Source: Sphaerodactylus townsendi (taxonomy: Eukaryota). From it: a stretch of DNA of 64,000 bases. The stretch spans positions 38,998,001-39,062,000 of the forward strand of contig NC_059429.1 of the NCBI RefSeq assembly GCF_021028975.2. Direction: 5' to 3'. Shown piece by piece: positions 11,859-23,382 of the stretch. Position numbers and translations under genes: made by a program. Within the stretch, counting starts at the first letter, position 1. Each line of letters opens with the position of its first letter. The notes beneath the pieces were generated by a model. That model saw only the letters and a list, made by a program, of their open reading frames with translations. It was not told the DNA's origin and did not search any database.

Positions 11859-12590
11859 CTGTAAAGAAAACAAAATATCTGAATTATAATGAAAGGGACT
11901 CAAATTACAATTTATTCACGCTGGATCATCTTATTGACACGAAGCCAGTTCAAATGATAGACTGTCACAACAAATCTTTGAATATTTGATACATGACCAT
12001 GGTGGCAGTGTCATGAATCAGACACAGGTGCAGAAGAAAGCACCCCTCTCTACAGTTCTGGATATTGTGATCACAGCTGATTTGTCTTACGTAAAGCGCA
12101 GTTTTTCCAGTGCTTTTGTGTTCTTCATGTACATCAACACTTGGAGAATTGTATTAGTGCTACCCAAGCCCAAGAAGCGTAATCTTACATTTACTAGACT
12201 CCCAGCCAATATTAAGCACCTTTAACCCTCTGTTGAGTTTAAGATTTAAGCATCCAGTTAGCTATCACCCACGTTCAAGATGCATCCATAGACCTGGTGC
12301 TAAACTACTGGCATCAGAGTGAAGCTGTAAGTACATGATGTCTCTCTTCCCTACTTATATTGTAGCCCACTGAACTCTCTTTGCCCCAAATTCTGTTGCT
12401 GGAAATTAAGAAACAGCATGGCGGGCAAAGTGAGGGTCTGCAGTGGGAGGGGGGAAGACAAGGAAAACCACCATCTTCTCCTCCACCAACATAAAGCTGT
12501 GTTGCCAGCAAAACAGGGGAGCAACACCTTTGGTACCAAACCAGAATATGTAAAATGGAACATAATGGAGACCAAGTCATTTCAACAAAC

Positions 12591-12738
12591 CTTCTTCCTG
12601 CTTTTGGGTGATACTTGGGCTGATTGAGATTCACCAACAATTTTGGAATCATCTTCTGCCTCACTGAAATTTCTAGGAAAGAGGACGACACTGGGAACAA
12701 CAACCCAGTATGTTTCAGGGTCTTGAAAAATGGTTGCT
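12591..12738 (-). CDS. Coding exon 4, Reeler C-terminal strands plus linker
   Basis: Acceptor ttatcttttcag|, donor AAG|gtttgt (a stop follows if read through). 148 nt, phase 2 to 0. ATIFQDPETYWVVVPSVVLFPRNFSEAEDDSKIVGESQSAQVSPKSRKK contains the Reeler AT-x-x-Q...YWV motif. Confidence 0.85.
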
Positions 12739-13770
12739 CTGAAAAGATAATAAATCATATTTTATTATGGTGATTATCTCCTATAGTGAAGCAAAGTCTA
12801 TGTTATGAAGGGGTTTGGGTTTTTTTAAGTTGCCTAAGGATGGGCATAGGGTTCCATTCAAAGCATATACTTTTCATGCAGAATGTCTCAGGTAAATCTC
12901 TGGCACCTCTAGTTTAAAGAAGATACTGAGTACAGGTGTTCAGAAAGCTCTTTTTCTGCCAGTTACCTTGGAGAACCAATTAGGGGAGACATTCATCCAT
13001 TCTGCACAGCACAAATAAGATGTCTGGAGGACATTTTAAAAGAGGCAACTTTTTTTGTCTGAACAGCACAAATAAGACATCCTGGGGACATCTTTAAAAA
13101 TCTGCCCTCTCATTTTTTTTGCCTGGACAGCACAAGCATCAGAGGAGAAATGAGGCTTTCCCCTCTCTGGTCAGTTTCCTCCTCAGCTTGTGCCTGACAT
13201 TTTGTGTGCTGCTGAAGGGATTCTCCCTGCCTCCATTTGCCCCATGATGTTAGCTCTGCAGGCACCAATCTGGGCACCTTTTCAGACCCCAAAAGCACAT
13301 AGTTGTACTCCACTTGTCCTGCCAATTCCGGCAATATATAGTTTTCCTATTTTTAATTCTTGATGAGGTGTCTGCAAAGCAACGCAGACATGCTATGAAA
13401 ATCTTAGCCACTTGGGTAGACCTTTTAGCATCTTCAAAATATGGTGGCTTGGGCTGAAATAAGGCATCCTGAGGACGTCTTGTGGAAAAAGTGTGTAGAG
13501 TTCCTCCACAAGATGCCTTCTTTTGCATCCTCAGGAATTCTTATTTGACTGTGACGAATGGACCATTATTTAGCTAAATAGGCTGATGAAAACTTCCTAT
13601 TTCAACTCATGTTTACCAAAAAATGCAAAATGAATTATGCATGTTACGCTAAATTTTATTTATCTATATTAATCACTTCCATTATATCACATGATATCAA
13701 ACTATTTGAAATAATAATCCCACTAAGTTACAAACATCCTTCTCATTTGCTAGTTTTTTCTTCCTATAAC

Positions 13771-13830
13771 TAATATAATATATAATAAATATAATATATA
13801 ATAATATATAATATAATATAATATAATAAA
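13771..13830. repeat. AT-rich microsatellite (ATATA)n
   Basis: Directly visible taatatataatatataata... run. Confidence 0.9.
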
Positions 13831-14056
13831 AAATAGCAAATGCAAAAAAATTAATGAGAGTCTATTTGGAGATCCTCTTTGACCTTGAGACCCAGGCCAA
13901 ATGCCCCTGACCAATACTGTGACATAAAATAAGGAACTGAAATGTCTGGGTAGAATGAAAACATGGAAAGGAAAAATGTTTGAGGAAGCCACAGAAAATC
14001 TGGGATTAAAAAATAAAGTAAAATTTTCAAATGATGATTTTCAGATATCTACTTAC

Positions 14057-14145
14057 ATAAATTGAATAGTTTTAGCATCAGGTGAAACCCAGTGTGCTGT
14101 TACGTCCTGTTTCGTATCCAAGTTTGTTTGAATTAATGCTGAATT
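14057..14145 (-). CDS. Coding exon 3, Reeler domain
   Basis: Acceptor tctttaatttcaaag|, donor AT|gtaagt. 89 nt, phase 0 to 2. NSALIQTNLDTKQDVTAHWVSPDAKTIQF(I) contains the Reeler K-x-x-V-x-x-x-W-x-x-P...I-x-F pattern. Confidence 0.9.
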
Positions 14146-14488
14146 CTTTGAAATTAAAGACAGGCATGAAAACATTATTTAGATATCTATATACTGGCTT
14201 ATTAAATAATTTAAATTTCACAACAATCCTGGAGCCCAAACATCAGATTCAAATGGCTATCCAAGAAATATACAAAACAAGATTTTGAATTCATTTTCCT
14301 AATGAAGACAAGGAATGTAAGGGCATACTAAAGTCTTTATCAATTTGAGGCAATATTTGAAAGCTGTTTCCTTCATCGCTCTTATTTTATTTTTAAAAAT
14401 TATTTCTGCTAGATTTAAATGGTACTCAGGATATTGTTTTTCACCTTTTTTGCATCCAATGCTATATTAAGCCCTGATCAGTGCCACA

Positions 14489-14955
14489 CAGTGGCGAAGC
14501 TACTAGGGGACAGGGTCTGGGGAGCACAAAAAATCACCCAGGCCCCTCTCCCTTTCCCTGCCCCCTCCGTGGCACCCCCCGCAGCGCCCCCCCCCGCGGC
14601 ACCCCCCATCCATTTTTTTCACATTTACCTTAGTTCCTTTCCTTTTTGAGAACTTTTTCAGGCTGCAAAAGGCCTGTTCTCAGTAAAAATGGCCTGAGGA
14701 ACTACAGTACCCAGGGGATCTTGGGGCTCACAAGGTCTCCTGGGAAGTATAGTTCCCATCAGGCCGTTTTTACTGAGAACAGGCCTTTTGCAGCCTGAAA
14801 AAGTTCTGAAAATGGAAAGGAACTAAGGTAAGTGTGGGAAAGGGAAAAGGGGAGGTGCCGTGAGGGGGGGTGCCGGGGAGGCGCGGGGGGCACTGCAGGG
14901 GGGGCGTAAAATATAGTATGCGCACCGGGCACAATTTGGCCCAGCTATGCCTCTG
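14489..14955. mobile_element. hAT MITE, internally palindromic
   Basis: TIR cagtggcg/tgcctctg; TSD gtgccaca on both sides; ~200-bp internal inverted repeat at 14625-14830. Confidence 0.85.
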
Positions 14956-15921
14956 GTGCCACATCAAGGATTGTTTTTTGTTCTAGAAAAGTCAGTTCAG
15001 AGATGCAAACTAAGAATATGCTCCACAACCTCTGGAGATGTTGGAGATTATTTTGAACAAATTCTTGGTTCATTTCAGTGGGGAGTTGACCAAGGCAGAA
15101 ATAATATCAAGGCACCATTTCTTTTACAACTTTTTAATACATTATATACAACAGTTGGGTATGGGGTGCCCACCCTGTGCAGCAGTCAGACATGAGTTAA
15201 GGTTCTCTTCAGTTTCCCCAGGTACAGGGCATGATTCAGTTCAGAACAGAAGCATGCATGAAGAAGGGGATTCAGCATTGTACCCCACATTATTCCCCAA
15301 CCTAAAATGGCTTGGGAGAGTGCTCCCAAGAGAACACACTGTTTTCCCCATTGAGCCAAATAGTGTTCCCAGACAGTGCAGGAGACTAGGCTGAAGACTG
15401 GGCACCATGCAGATGGGAAATGAAGAGAAACTGTCACTCATATGTGATTGATAAGCTCTTTTAGGTAGAGGAGTCCTATCACTCTCACAGAACTCTCATA
15501 CCAAGAAGAAACTGTTTGATCAGAATAAATACATTGTCCTTATATTGTCACATTCTGTTCATATCATTTGGATCTTTTTGTTCTGAAGTGATCAGGTGTG
15601 CGATGAACTACAAACTAACCATCTTTTTGCAAACAAATATTTAGCTCATAGAAAGTGTGGTATTATCCAATTTCATTTGCTCACTGAATTCTTTCTAGAA
15701 TTGTTCTCAATAGGAATGACAACAAATATGAAAGCAAAAGTGAACACACGTAACAAAAATACTGCAGTAAAAATAAATTAAACTTTTGAAAATGAGAAGA
15801 AAATAAACCCTTGCACAAAAAGTGTACCTTTCTCATATGTAGTGCACAGTTTGCACTCCAAACACTTGAAAGGATTTGATTCTTTTGACTTTTTTTAATC
15901 AGCTTGTAATTTTGAGACATA

Positions 15922-16439
15922 GGCCCTTTCCTCGCAGACACTTTAACATGTTTGGGAGCAGGAAATAAAACATTTCCTCCAAGGAGTTCTGCATTGTCGT
16001 TCCCCCCTTAAAAATGTTATATTTGCATCCTTAATGTGTCCTCTGTTCTAGCAATTCAGAACAGAAGCATGCATGAAGAAGGGGATTCAGATTATGTTCT
16101 AGCATTCTTTTGGCTGAAACATTTTTAAAAGGCTTCACTTGTGTGCTGTCCCTTTCAGATGCCATTTTGTGAATTCTTGCCTGAAGAAGCCCCTTACCCT
16201 GTTTTTGGAGAGTTTCAGATTGTTTTTGAGATCTTTGCAGGCTGAATTTTCACAGCATTGACTACAGAACACTCAGGGAACTGCAACATGAAGCTGTGAA
16301 GCCTGAAGCAGAAAATGGTGGCCAGGAACCAATTTAAGGGGGTGAGTGCGAACAAAAATGTGTGTGTGCAAGGGGGGGAGGTTGAAAACATTTTACTAGT
16401 GTTTTACAAACGTTTCAGGAGATTTGTGTGGAAAGGGCC
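15922..16439. mobile_element. Harbinger-like MITE
   Basis: ggccctttcc ... ggaaagggcc termini. Confidence 0.5.
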
Positions 16440-16676
16440 ATTGAGAGTTTTGAAACCAAATATGAACTATGTTGCACTTCCAGAAAATTTGATATGATTG
16501 AAACCACTACTCTTGGGTGATTCAACATTTACATTTCGCACCAGATCTTGGGCACTGCTCAGGATAAGCAGTCACCTCCACAGTAGTAAGTTGATGTAAA
16601 TGCAAAATACCAGCAGTCTGGTTCCACTCCAGTTCAACAGAAATATCTGGCTTATTTGAGGATCGAATGTCTAATG

Positions 16677-16775
16677 CAGGGGTAGGGAACCTGCGGCTCT
16701 CCAGATGTTCAGGAACTACAATTCCCATCAGCCTCTGGTAGGGGCTGATGGGAATTGTAGTTATTCTAGGTATCT
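16677..16775. mobile_element. Partial palindromic hAT MITE (CAGGGGTAGGGAAC family)
   Basis: Matches the full copy at 31561-31708. Confidence 0.75.
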
Positions 16776-17371
16776 GGAAAACAAGTTCTAGTCGAGATCT
16801 ATGACCACCATGTTTCATGTGAATAAAAACCATAAAAAACTAGTACGTTAATGACTTGGCAAGTGATGGCTATGATTTATAAACTACAGCTCCCAAAAAT
16901 TCTACAAAGAACTGTCTGTAAATGCTTCACACAATATTAAAACAGCAAATGGCTTTTATCCCACAAACCACCAACAGTGGTAGATATTCCCCACATTCTT
17001 CTTTCTCCCTGCAATTTCTTCCAGTCCCTACAATGTTTATTACTGGAGTCATAGGACCCACAGATAAACTGAAGTCTGAGTTGAAGCTTATAGTGAGGAT
17101 CTCCCCTTTCATTCTCATCCTTCTTCTCACTCTGACCTATGTATCTATATGGATGATTGCACAGGATGAAGAGGAATATGTGAACCATCTTTACTTATTC
17201 ATACAGCATTCTGCTGTTGGTTTGTTGGATAGAATCTAATTATATCTAAAACCAGTTGTCGCTAGAAATAGTGACTTTGCTGGAAGCACAAAAAGGATTG
17301 TTTTTCATGTATATTCCAGGATATGTAATTCCATGATATTATCTATCCAAACTGAAGAAATAAATACATAC

Positions 17372-17508
17372 TGAAAGGTTGTAACAGTCAAGGCTTTGCG
17401 TGTTTGGATCTGTGATCTGAAATGAACCAACTGGAATGTTTTCTTCAATGTCTCGAGCCTGTAGCATAAACCATTTAAATCCAACATCAGGTGTTCCTTC
17501 TATTTTCA
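17372..17508 (-). CDS. Coding exon 2, Reeler domain core
   Basis: Acceptor cttctccag|, donor TCA|gtatgt. 137 nt, phase 1 to 0. (V)KIEGTPDVGFKWFMLQARDIEENIPVGSFQITDPNTQSLDCYNLS matches the Reeler F-x-G-F-x-LQAR...VGSF...C pattern. Confidence 0.92.
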
Positions 17509-18268
17509 CTGGAGAAGCAGATATTGAGAATCATAAGCATAACATATTATATTCTGCATTTTAAAGGTATGATAGTGTTAGAGTTATGGCAAGTTTGGCA
17601 TTTTAAAGGATGATATTGTTAGAGTTATGGCAAGTTTGGCATTTAGACATGCTTCTTTCACATATACTTGGCATCAGTTCTCTATGACACAGTCTTTCAT
17701 GCATGACAAAAGGGATCGTAATTAACTGAAACTTGCTGGAGATATTGCCACTAAACTTGTCCTTTAATGGCTATGAAAGGCTCTGTCTGAGCAGCAGCTA
17801 TAGGTGGGTCTGTATAAAGAAAATGCAACATTTAGACTAGAAAAGCAAGAAATACAGAGCAGGAGCCATTGTTGTGAGCACCTAAAGAGTGCTAGATCTC
17901 TCTCTTCCTTTTGGTGTTTGATTAGCAGTAGGTGGTACTTGTAAATACAGCAAATACTATAAAGATACTATAAGACTCCCTTGTGCCAAGGGAAACAACC
18001 TGGATAAATGTTAGTCCCTGAACTGTATTATCATGATTCACCCTTCGGGGATAGGGTGGGATATAAATCCTAAATAAATAAATAATACTATATTACCTCA
18101 TACTTAGAACTGTAGTCTGCTTTACTTAGATATCTTCTGAAGTTGCTAACTATATTATTTTTATTCTGGCATAGAAACTATATTACTTTCTGAAATTGGG
18201 GAACATGAATCAACCAGTTTGTTTAATAATTCTCAGGTAAGAGATATCGTGCATATCATGCATACTTT

Positions 18269-18730
18269 AGGGATCATCTCTCCCTTTATATTCCTACTCG
18301 GCCTATGTGATCTGAAGAGGTAAATTTGCTGGTGGTCCCCAGCCCCTCAATGATACGACTAGCCTCTACTCGGACCAGGGGTTTTGCAGCCCTGGCCCCT
18401 GTCTGGTGGAACACTCTCCCTCCAGCCATCAGGGCCCTGAGGGATCTTGGACAGTTCCGCAAGGCCTGTAAAACAGAGCTGTTTCAACAGGCATTTTGGG
18501 GGGCGCCTCCCCTGCCATCCCCCTCATACCATCATAATTGGTTACCGCTATATTGCATCCAGTCCCCTCCCAGGAGGATAGTCGGTTCTTCAATTGCTAT
18601 CTGATTTTAGTTTTTTTCTGTCTTGTTCTGATGTTGTATTTGATTATTTCAGTTTTAATTATCCTATTGTAATTATGTTTTAATCGTTTTATCCTGTACG
18701 CCGCCCAGAGCCTTTCGGGGGTGGGTGTTT
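18269..18730 (+). mobile_element. L2-clade LINE 3' end, running into an assembly gap
   Basis: ORF remnant RGFAALAPVWWNTLPPAIRALRDLGQFRKACKTELF is typical of the L2 ORF2 C-terminus, followed by an AT-rich 3' UTR and gtacgccgcccagag. Confidence 0.75.
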
Positions 18731-18870
18731 NNNNNNNNNNNNNNNNNNNNNNNNNNNNNNNNNNNNNNNNNNNNNNNNNNNNNNNNNNNNNNNNNNNNNN
18801 NNNNNNNNNNNNNNNNNNNNNNNNNNNNNNNNNNNNNNNNNNNNNNNNNNNNNNNNNNNNNNNNNNNNNN
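18731..18870. other. Assembly gap (N run); further gaps at 51609-51744, 61388-61548 and 61839-62085
   Basis: N characters. Confidence 1.
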
Positions 18871-19781
18871 GATGGCTAAAAATCCCTATCAAGCATAATG
18901 AGCATTATTTAATATCAGCAATTTGCAGTATGGATGCAAATCGCATGGCCAGCCATTTAAAGCAATAATTTTAAATAAGCTCCATGCATTGCCTTTTCTG
19001 TGCATACAAGTTGTAGAAAAGTAAGAACCCATATGGTGAACTTAAGCTGAAGAACAGCATTGATGCAAACCTAGAACCCTGCATTTTCTTCATAAATGAT
19101 TATCATATATATTTAGAGAGCAATCCATGTGTATGTGCAAATAAACCATGGATGTGGCACAAGGGTGCACTGATGTGAGTGCCCCTTACACCAGTACAAG
19201 GGACAAATACACTGGCAGGACAACAAATATTCCAGCATCACCCCTGGCACAGACCCAAACATGAAAGCTTCCACTGAACCAGTGCTCCTCCACCATAGGA
19301 CACCGTGCCAGTGTAGGTGGGGGCTTTCCAAGGGCATTCCTGGGGACAGAGCAGTGGTGGGATTCTAATAATTTAACAACCGGTTTCCCCCCCCCCCCGC
19401 CACATGGCCCCCGCTGCCCACTTACCTGCTCTGGAGGAACTTCTTGTTGGGGTGGAGGGGGGCAACGGGGCCTTGCCGCCACTGCTCTGAAAGCCCCCTT
19501 GCTCCTCTGGGAAAGGGGGAAATGGGGCTTTTAGTGCCTCAGAGCAGCTGGGTGGCAAGGCACATGGCAGCTCCGGGGCTCTGAAAGCCACTTTTAACAA
19601 CCGGTTCGCCGAACTCAACAAAAAATTCTACCAAACCAGTGTGAACTGGCTGGATTAGACAAACCTCCTTTTTGATGTCGTGTGTAAGAAATACAAAGTC
19701 AGTTTATACATGGGACAGCCAGATAAAAGACCCTGTTCACTGGATGGCCTCAGGCAAGTGACTATTTCTGCTTAATGGTAG

Positions 19782-20558
19782 CAGAGGTGGGATCCAGCAG
19801 GTTCTCACAGGTTCCCGAGAGTAGGTTACTAATTATTTTTGTGTGCCGAGAGCGGGTTACTAATTGGTGATTTTGCCATGTGATTTTTGCCTTAGGCTTC
19901 GTTTCTAGGGAATTATACATGCTTAAGCGGTGAGATTTCCTTCCGAAGTATTTACTTCTGAGGGCCTTTCCCCACTTACCTTAAGCCCCGCGCTACTCTC
20001 TTTCCTCAGAGTGGCATTAGGGGTCCCCCGACTTACTCCGCACGACAGAGGCGGCGACAACACCGCAGCCGCCCTGAAGCGGCTGCAGCTATCCCGCCCC
20101 CTCGAAGCAGCGCCTTGGCATCCCTGAGTGCTCTTGTATGCTTGCAGCAGCGGTGACCCTTTAGCGCCAGAAGCGGGATGCGATGAGATACCCAGGCGCG
20201 CGCCAGGGATGTCGCGTGCTGAGCAGCGCGTGGCATAGGGGGGATCGTGAAGAGTGGGGAAACGCCCTTAGTTACGCCTCTCCTCTCAGCAGTAGCACAC
20301 AGAACTTGAAGCAGTCTAGCAGGAGGTGCACTGGTGTGCATGGCAGCCTGCGCCTGTGTGCATTTGTTTCCCGCCCAAGGACCAGCACAGCAGCTGCGTC
20401 CTTGCCACAGCCCTGCCCAGGAATGCCCCACCCAAGAATGCCTGGCCACGCCCTGTGGGTGCCCTTCGCCCAGCAACCCCATTGGTTGCTTTCACAGCCA
20501 CTGTTTGAATCCCACCCCCATGGGAACCTGTTACTAAAATTTTTGGATCCCACCACTG
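19782..20558 (+). mobile_element. hAT MITE (CAGTGGTGGGAT family) carrying a nested insertion at 19895-20267
   Basis: Colinear with the uninterrupted copy at 33267-33659 apart from the insertion. Confidence 0.85.
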
Positions 20559-21044
20559 CTCTCAGGCACCTACTGGCTTAGTGCCTTTGGTGCTAGAGAG
20601 AGGTTGAAGAAGACCTTTGGGACAGGAATTTGAGAGCTGAGGGAGACTTGAGAGAATTTGGTAAGTGAACTCCCTCCAATGAACTGAACTCTGAAGAGAT
20701 TAATGAAAGCATCTCGGGACAAAATGCCCTCTGAATCAGGAGGCATTTCCAAAAGTATTGTGTGTACAGCCACTTTCCTACAGAGTCTTCAGAAATCTAA
20801 GTGCAGAGGGGGTGGGTTGCTACATGATTTGGAGTGGAGTTGATGGAATACTTAAAAAAGTGGTAGCAGATGATTGCCAACTGGGTGATCAACTAGCAGC
20901 CTGGAGTCTTATACATGTTGCATTTCTACTAACAAGATCGTCAGACATAGCGTAACTCAACCTACTCAACTTCCTTTCAAGAACAAGAAAGCCAATAAGC
21001 TAGGAGAAATATTGTAGGAAAAACAGGATGTTGATACTATTTAC

Positions 21045-21240
21045 CTTTTACTTCTTTTCCTGGGTCATATTCATCTGATGATACAGAAATGTGATAGGGT
21101 GATTCGGATTCCTGTGGTTCTACAGAGTGGTTTGGCAACATCGATTCACAAGCTAGTGAAATATTCCCATATGGAAGGCAGCAGACTCGTGTGACGAAGA
21201 CCCCACAGAGCAGAAATGAAAAGAAGAGAATGTGCTTCAT
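21045..21240 (-). CDS. Coding exon 1 of a Reeler-domain (FRRS1-like / defense protein-like) secreted protein: signal peptide and Reeler N-terminus
   Basis: Acceptor gtttgtttcag|TCCAAG ATG (exon starts 21246). Translates MKHILFFSFLLCGVFVTRVCCLPYGNISLACESMLPNHSVEPQESESPYHISVSSDEYDPGKEVK: hydrophobic signal peptide plus the Reeler motif C-x-x-M-x-P-x-H...Q...SPY-x-I. Donor AAG|gtaaat, phase 1. Confidence 0.92.
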
Positions 21241-21290
21241 CTTGGACTGAAACAAACAACAAAATAGGCACATGGAATGTGAGTGACCAA

Positions 21291-23055
21291 ACATAAGAAC
21301 ATAAGAACATAAGAACAAGCCAGCTGGATCAGACCAGAGTCCATCTAGTCCAGCTCTCTGCTACTCGCAGTGGCCCACCAGGTGCCTTTGGGAGTTCACA
21401 TGTAGGATGTGAAAGCAATGGCCTTCTGCGGCTGTTGCTCCCGAGCACCTGGACTGTTAAGGCATTTGCAATCTCAGATCAAAGAGGATCAAGATTGGTA
21501 GCCATAAATTGACTTCTCCTCCATAAATCTGTCAAAGCCCCTTTTAAAGCTATCCAGGTTAGTGGCCATCACCACCTCCTGTGGCAGCATATTCCAAACA
21601 CACCAATCACATGTTGCAAGTGAAGAGGTGTTTCCTTTTATTAGTCCTAATTCTTCCCCAGCATTTTTCAATGAATGCCCCCCCTGGTTCCTGAGTGTTG
21701 GCCGAGAAGAGAGAAAAATTTCTCTCTGTCAACATTTTCTACCCCATGCATAATTTTATAGACTTCAATCATATCCCCCCCCCTCAGACGTCTCCTCTCC
21801 AAACTAAAGAGTCCCCAGGCGGCTGCAGCCTTTCCCCTCATAAAGGAAGGTTGCTCCAGTCCCTCAATCATCCCTGCGTTTACCCTTCTCTGCACTTTTT
21901 CTATCTAGCTATATCCTTTTTTGAGGATGTGGTGACCAGAACTGAACACAGTACTCCAAATTGTAGGTGCGCTGCATAGTATTTATATAAAGGGCATGAC
22001 AATCTTTACCAGTTTAGTATCAATTCCTTTCCTGATTATCCCCACAGCATAGAGTTTGCCCTTTTTTTCACAGCTGCCATACATTGAGTTGACGATTTCC
22101 CATGGAACTATCAATTAAAGGCGTAAAATCCCTTTCCCTGGTCTGTGACTGATTAGCACTGACCCCTGTAAGCGATGTATGTGAAGTTTGGATTTTTTGC
22201 CCTATGTGCATCACTTTTGCATTTTTTTGCTACATTGAACTGCATTTTGCCATTTCTTAGCCCACTCACCCTAATTTATCAAGGTCCAGCTTGGACCTCC
22301 CTCATGAGAAATCCTTTGTGGTTCTCACCCACCCTACATGGTTTGGTATCATCTACAAACTTGGCCACTGCAGCTACCCACCCTACTTCCAGGTCATTTT
22401 ATGGAATAGGTTAAAGAGCACTTCGGGTCCCAATCACTACGGATCCTTGGGGACACCACTCCCACATCTCTCCATTGTGAGAATTTCCCATTTACACCCA
22501 CTCTTTGCTTCCTGTTTCTCAACCAGTTTTTTAATCCATGGGAGGGACTTCCCCTCTTATTCCCTTCATTTGCTGAGTTTTTTTTTTTTTCTCCAATGAG
22601 TCTCTGGTGAGGAACTTTGTGTCAAAAAGCCTTTTGGAAATCAAGTAGACAATGTCCACTGGTTCCCCATATCCACATGCCTATTTACATCCTCAAAGAA
22701 CTCTAGTAAGTTTGGCAAGACAGGATTTTGCCTCTGCAAAAGCCATGCTGACTCTTTTCTCAACGGGTTTTGCTTTTGTACACATCATTTTTATAATTTT
22801 TATCTTTAATGACAGATTCTACTAATTTACCAGGAACAGATGTCAAACTGACTGGCCTGTAATTTCCCGGGTCCCCCCTAGATCCTTTCTTAAAGATTGG
22901 TGTGACATTGGCCATCTTCCAGTCTTCAGGGATGGAGCCTGATTTCAAGGATAAGTTGCATATTAAAGTGAGAACATCAGCAATTTCATGCTTGAGCTCT
23001 TTAAGAACTCTTGGGTGAATGCAATCTGGGCCAGGGGATTTGGTAGCATTTAGTT
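21291..23055 (-). mobile_element. 5'-truncated CR1 LINE (RT domain and 3' UTR)
   Basis: (ATAAGAAC)n tail at 21291-21316. ORF remnant IPEDWKMANVTPIFKKGSRGDPGNYRPVSLTSVPGK is the canonical CR1 RT N-terminus. Confidence 0.95.
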
Positions 23056-23120
23056 GATATAATAGGCAATACCACTCTTACTGCACTTTATGCTTCAGTG
23101 TGATTTTATTCAGTTTGCTT

Positions 23121-23382
23121 AGAAGAAGAGGAGTTTGGATTTACACCTTACCTTTCTTTGTGAGGAATCTCAAAGCTTGAAAACTCCTTCCCAAGGTCAC
23201 CCAGCAGGCTTCAGGGGTAGGAGAGCGGAAATAAATCCAGTTCACCAGATAAGAGTCCACCACTCGTGTGGAGGAGTGGGGAATCAAACCCAGTTCTTGA
23301 GATTACACCACTAACCCAGTTAGATCACTAACCCAGTTCTCGAGATTAGACCACTGCTCTTAACCACTAACACCAGGCTGGC
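23121..23382 (-). mobile_element. tRNA-derived squamate SINE
   Basis: Minus strand gccagcctggtgttagtggttaagagcagtgg...ggtttgattcccc (A/B-box-like) with a (TTC)n tail. Confidence 0.7.

Noticed and set aside
12591-21240. Assigning the symbol FRRS1 or REELD1
   Set aside because: Only the Reeler module is shared, no DOMON/b561 exons were seen, and orthology cannot be established without a search.
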